From: Chthoniobacterales bacterium
Lineage (GTDB): Bacteria > Verrucomicrobiota > Verrucomicrobiia > Chthoniobacterales > UBA10450
NCBI GenBank assembly: GCA_035568175.1
Contig: DATMON010000004.1
Span: forward strand, 374,864-438,863
Length of the DNA stretch: 64,000 bases
Direction: 5' to 3'
A model generated the notes under the pieces. It had not been told where the DNA came from and ran no database searches. It was given only the letters and a program-made list of their open reading frames with translations. Position 1 is the stretch's first letter; each line of letters starts with the position of its first letter. The translations under genes and the position numbers were made by a program. This document shows positions 60,584 to 64,000 of this stretch, piece after piece.

Positions 60584-61822
60584 GTGCAGGATTTGTTTAC
60601 CGAGGAAGACCGCGATTCTGTTAAGGGCAACCCGCCTGAGGCGGGCGCGCCGCTGGCGACGCGAATGCGGCCGCGGTCGCTCGATGAATTTGTCGGCCAG
60701 GAACATATTCTTGCGCCTGGAAAATTGCTGCGCCGCGCGATTGAAGCCGATCGTTTGCCCTCGGTGATTTTATCGGGGCCGCCCGGAACCGGAAAAACCA
60801 CACTCGCTCACATCATCGCCGACATGACGCGCGCCAAGTTTGTGCGTTTAAGCGGCGTAGAAAGCAACGTCGCGGAAATGCGTCGCGTGATCGCGGGCGC
60901 GACCAATCGCACTCGCAGTTCTGGACAAAAGACGATTTTGTTCATCGACGAGATACATCACTTCAACAAAGCGCAGCAGGACATTCTCCTGCCCGATGTC
61001 GAAAGCGGAAACCTGCGACTGATCGGCGCGACCACTTACAATCCGTTTTTCTACGTCAACAGTCCGCTCGTCTCGCGGTCACAAGTTTTCCAACTCGAAC
61101 CGTTGCGTGTCGAGGAACTGGAAGAACTGATTGATCGCGCGCTGGTCGACAAGGAACGCGGACTTGGCAATTACAACGTGAAGATCGACAAAGATGCGAG
61201 AAAGCATCTGGCCAAGCTGAGCGACGGCGACGCGCGCAAATGTTTAAACGCGCTGGAGATTGGCGTCATGACCACGCCGCCTGAAACTGTAGCGGCGGTC
61301 TATGACCGCCAGCAGAAAAAGACCGGCGCTGACACGGCGTCGCTACAGCAGTCAGTGATTCATTTCACGATCGCGGTTGCGGAAGAAAGCATTCAGCAGA
61401 AAGCAATCGTGTACGATCGCGCTGGGGATGCGCATTACGACACGATCAGCGCGTTTATCAAGAGCATGCGCGCGTCCGATGAGAAAGGCGCGATGTACTG
61501 GCTCGCGAAAATGCTACACGCCGGCGAAGACTTTCGTTTCATCGCGCGCCGGATCGTGATTTTTGCGAGCGAAGACGTTGGCCTGGCCGATCCAGAAGCG
61601 CTCCCGCTCGCAATCGCCACCCAGCAAGCGGTCGAATTCGTCGGCTTGCCGGAAGCAAAGATTCCGCTCGGGCATGCGGTCGCGTACATGTGCCGCGCCA
61701 AAAAAAGCCGCGAAGCCTACGACGCGCTGAACGAAGCGACCGAAAAAATCGAAGCCGAACAAACCAAGCGCGTCCCCGAAAATCTCAAAAACAAACACTT
61801 TCCGGTGAATCCGGAGAAGTAA
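60584..61822 (+). CDS. rarA: Replication-associated recombination protein A (RarA/MgsA AAA+ ATPase)
   Basis: 'PLATRMRPRSLDEFVGQEHIL', Walker A 'GPPGTGKTT', Walker B 'ILFIDEIHHFNK' and 'YDRAGDAHYDTISAFIKSMR'. The GTG at 60584 is preferred; the track ORF start at 60080 overlaps comEC. Confidence 0.85.
   Translation: MQDLFTEEDRDSVKGNPPEAGAPLATRMRPRSLDEFVGQEHILAPGKLLRRAIEADRLPSVILSGPPGTGKTTLAHIIADMTRAKFVRLSGVESNVAEMRRVIAGATNRTRSSGQKTILFIDEIHHFNKAQQDILLPDVESGNLRLIGATTYNPFFYVNSPLVSRSQVFQLEPLRVEELEELIDRALVDKERGLGNYNVKIDKDARKHLAKLSDGDARKCLNALEIGVMTTPPETVAAVYDRQQKKTGADTASLQQSVIHFTIAVAEESIQQKAIVYDRAGDAHYDTISAFIKSMRASDEKGAMYWLAKMLHAGEDFRFIARRIVIFASEDVGLADPEALPLAIATQQAVEFVGLPEAKIPLGHAVAYMCRAKKSREAYDALNEATEKIEAEQTKRVPENLKNKHFPVNPEK
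61287..61348. repeat. REP-like palindromic element (copy d), translated in frame inside rarA
   Basis: CTGTAGCGGCGGTCTATGACCGCCAGCAGAAAAAGACCGGCGCTGACACGGCGTCGCTACAG. It has an 8-bp terminal inverted repeat and an inner stem GGCGGTC-TAT-GACCGCC. It encodes '..TVAAVYDRQQKKTGADTASLQQ..'. Confidence 0.7.
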
Positions 61823-61825
61823 CGC

Positions 61826-63073
61826 CTAATCTTTAAACGCCGTTGCCACTAGAGTGGCGTTGTGGCCGCCGAAGCCGAAGGAGTTGTTCATGATTACGCG
61901 CACTTTCTTTTCCTTCGCTTTGTTGGCGGTGTAATCGAGGTCGCACTGCGGGTCGGGATTTTCGAGATTGATCGTCGGTGGAATCACGCCGTCGCGGATC
62001 GCTAGTGCGCAGGCCGCCATTTCCATTCCACCGGCCCCGCCTAACAAATGGCCGGTCATGGACTTGGTCGCGCTAATCGAAACTTTGGTCTGCTCGCCAA
62101 AAACCTTTTTGATCGCTTTTGTTTCGCTGATGTCGCCGAGACCGGTGGAAGTGGCGTGGGCGTTGATGTAATCGACGTCGCCGGGCGAGATCTTTGCGTG
62201 ATCGAGCGCCAGTTGCATGGCGCGCGCGGCGCCGCTGCCGTCTTCCGGCGGCGCCGTCATGTGGTAAGCGTCCGCTGAAAGTCCGTAGCCGGTGAGCTCG
62301 CAATAGATCTTCGCGCCGCGCTTCTTTGCGTGTTCGAGCTCTTCGACAATGGCAATGCCCGCTCCTTCGCTGATGACGAAACCGTCACGGTCGCGATCAA
62401 AAGGGCGCGAGGCGCGCTCCGGTTCGTCGTTGCGCTTGCTCAGCGCTTTCATCGCGGAAAATCCAGCGAGACCGAGTTCAACGATTGCCGCTTCGGAACC
62501 GCCGGCGACAAAAATATCGGCGTCGCCGAACTTAATCATGCGCCACGATTCGCCGATCGAGTTATTGGAAGTCGCGCAAGCGGTGACGATGCACATGTTG
62601 GGGCCGCGCAATCCGAACTCCATCGAGATGAGGCCGCTGGCCATGTTGCTGATTAGCATCGGAATGGTGAATGGTGACACGCGGCCCGGCCCTTTGTTCA
62701 TCAACACGCTGAATTGGTCTTCGAGCGTTTTCAGTCCGCCGATGCCGCTGCTGACGATTACGCCGAAGCGGTCTTGATTGACGCGTTCGAGATCGATGCC
62801 GCTGTCCTGGATCGACATCTTGGAGGCGGCCATGGCCAGTTGAACGAAACGATCGGTGCGCCGGACGTCTTTGACGTTCTTAAAGAAATCCTTTGGATCG
62901 AAGTCGCGTACTTCACCGCCGATTTTGCAATCGTAGTTCGCGGTGTCGAAGGCTTGGATCCGGCCGATACCGCTTTTCCCTTCAACGAGATTTTTCCAAA
63001 ACGTCTCGAGTTCGTTGCCTACGGGCGTGACAACACCGAGACCTGTAATGACGACTCTGCGATCGTTATTCAT
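61826..63073 (-). CDS. fabF: 3-oxoacyl-ACP synthase II
   Basis: 415 aa. The active-site Cys context 'VTACATSN', 'NAHATSTGLGD' and 'NSFGFGGHNATLV'. Confidence 0.95.
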   Translation of the reverse strand: MNNDRRVVITGLGVVTPVGNELETFWKNLVEGKSGIGRIQAFDTANYDCKIGGEVRDFDPKDFFKNVKDVRRTDRFVQLAMAASKMSIQDSGIDLERVNQDRFGVIVSSGIGGLKTLEDQFSVLMNKGPGRVSPFTIPMLISNMASGLISMEFGLRGPNMCIVTACATSNNSIGESWRMIKFGDADIFVAGGSEAAIVELGLAGFSAMKALSKRNDEPERASRPFDRDRDGFVISEGAGIAIVEELEHAKKRGAKIYCELTGYGLSADAYHMTAPPEDGSGAARAMQLALDHAKISPGDVDYINAHATSTGLGDISETKAIKKVFGEQTKVSISATKSMTGHLLGGAGGMEMAACALAIRDGVIPPTINLENPDPQCDLDYTANKAKEKKVRVIMNNSFGFGGHNATLVATAFKD

Positions 63074-63092
63074 GAAGATGAATTGCTAATCG

Positions 63093-64000
63093 TCAGCGCG
63101 TACCCATGCCGACACTTTGCACGGCCTGGAAAAGTTTCCCTTCAGTTTTGATCGATGGTGCGATGATGATCTCAGTCTGCTGAAACTCGGCGATATTTCG
63201 CGCGCCAACGTTGCCCATGCAAGTCGTGATCGCGCCGACGAGATTCTGGCTTCCGTCATCAACTTCGGCGGGGCCGAAAAGAATCTGCTTGAGCGAGCCG
63301 GTGGTGCCGACCTTGATCCGCGTGCCGCGCGGGAGATTCACGTGCGGCGTAGCCATGCCCCAATGATAACCGGCGCCCGGCGCTTCTTGAGAGCGAGCGA
63401 ACGCGCTTCCGACCATGACTGCATCCGCGCCACAAGCGAGCGCTTTGCAAACGTCGCCGCCTTTGCTCATACCACCGTCGGTAATGATCGGAACATAGCG
63501 CGAAGTTTTTTTGAAGTAAGCGTCGCGCGCGGCGGCGCAATCGACGGTGGCGGTCACTTGCGGGACGCCCAGTCCAAGCACGCCGCGCGAAGTGCAAGCT
63601 GCTCCGGGACCGACACCGACTAGAACGCCGGCCGGTCCGCATTCCATGATTTCGAAAGTGACGTCATAACCGACGGTGTTGCCGACAATCACCGGTATGC
63701 GCATGTCACGGCAAAATTTTGTAAGGTCGAGCGATTTGTATTCGGTCGAAATGTGGCGAGCGGTTGAGACCGTGCTTTGCACGACATAGACATCGGCGCC
63801 CGCTTCCTGCGCGATGGGCCCAAACTCGGCGGCCCGTTGTGGAATGGAACTAACGCCGGCGATACCGCCTTCATCTTTGATTTGTTTCACGCGCGCCGCG
63901 ATCAGATCGGGTTGGACCGGCTCCTGATAAATTCGCTGTAACAGCGAAGTGACTTCAGATTTGTCAGTGTCGACAACTTTCTGGAGAACTTCCTGCGGAT
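63093..64000 (-). CDS. IMP-dehydrogenase-family protein (GuaB3-like), 5'-truncated by the window edge
   Basis: 'VGVGPGAACTSRGVLGLGVPQVTA' and 'IITDGGMSKGGDVCKALACGADAVMVGS'. The frame stays open upstream of the track's start at 63890 to position 64000 ('..PQEVLQKVVDTDKSEV..PDLIAARVKQIKDEGG'). Confidence 0.75.
   Translation of the reverse strand, partial: PQEVLQKVVDTDKSEVTSLLQRIYQEPVQPDLIAARVKQIKDEGGIAGVSSIPQRAAEFGPIAQEAGADVYVVQSTVSTARHISTEYKSLDLTKFCRDMRIPVIVGNTVGYDVTFEIMECGPAGVLVGVGPGAACTSRGVLGLGVPQVTATVDCAAARDAYFKKTSRYVPIITDGGMSKGGDVCKALACGADAVMVGSAFARSQEAPGAGYHWGMATPHVNLPRGTRIKVGTTGSLKQILFGPAEVDDGSQNLVGAITTCMGNVGARNIAEFQQTEIIIAPSIKTEGKLFQAVQSVGMGTR

Noticed and set aside
1-64000. A search for mobile-element or defence hallmarks: integrase, transposase, toxin-antitoxin pairs, restriction-modification genes, cas genes and phage structural genes.
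   Set aside because: None of the ORF translations show such signatures. The window looks like core chromosome with accessory envelope loci rather than an island.

Overview
This is a 64-kb chromosomal segment with no transposase, integrase, phage genes, rRNA, tRNA or CRISPR array that I could recognise. I annotate about 60 protein genes and one tmRNA. The gene content points to a PVC-group bacterium, probably a soil Verrucomicrobium; this is inference from a SWIB-domain protein, a PVC-type 'small basic protein', DUF6600/GYF_2/DUF2752 envelope proteins and many partner-switching and two-component genes.

Housekeeping genes: yraN-like, rsmE, dnaJ, grpE, plsC, cmk, aroA, nadB, panC, trmB, comEC, rarA, fabF, msrA and a GuaB-like gene running off the 3' edge. 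Accessory envelope loci: (i) an LPS-type block with an LpxL-heptosyltransferase fusion, a thioesterase and an ArnT-like GT39; (ii) a lipid head-group block with a kinase-like protein, a flippase-like protein, PAP2, an outer-membrane protein and SCP2; (iii) a sulfation block with three sulfotransferase domains, one fused to a GT1.

The most unusual signals are at the DNA level:
1. An asymmetric 10-mer, TGTCGATCTT / AAGATCGACA, occurs at least 32 times exactly, against about 0.1 expected by chance. It appears in both orientations and mostly inside unrelated genes in several reading frames. This is a DUS/USS-like or HIP1-like genomic word.
2. A family of roughly 55-64-nt palindromic REP-like elements (TGTAGC...GCTACA) has five copies. 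Two of them are translated in frame: one forms the linker of an exonuclease-ATP-ligase fusion and one sits inside rarA.

All calls come from reading the sequence and ORF translations. No database search was run.
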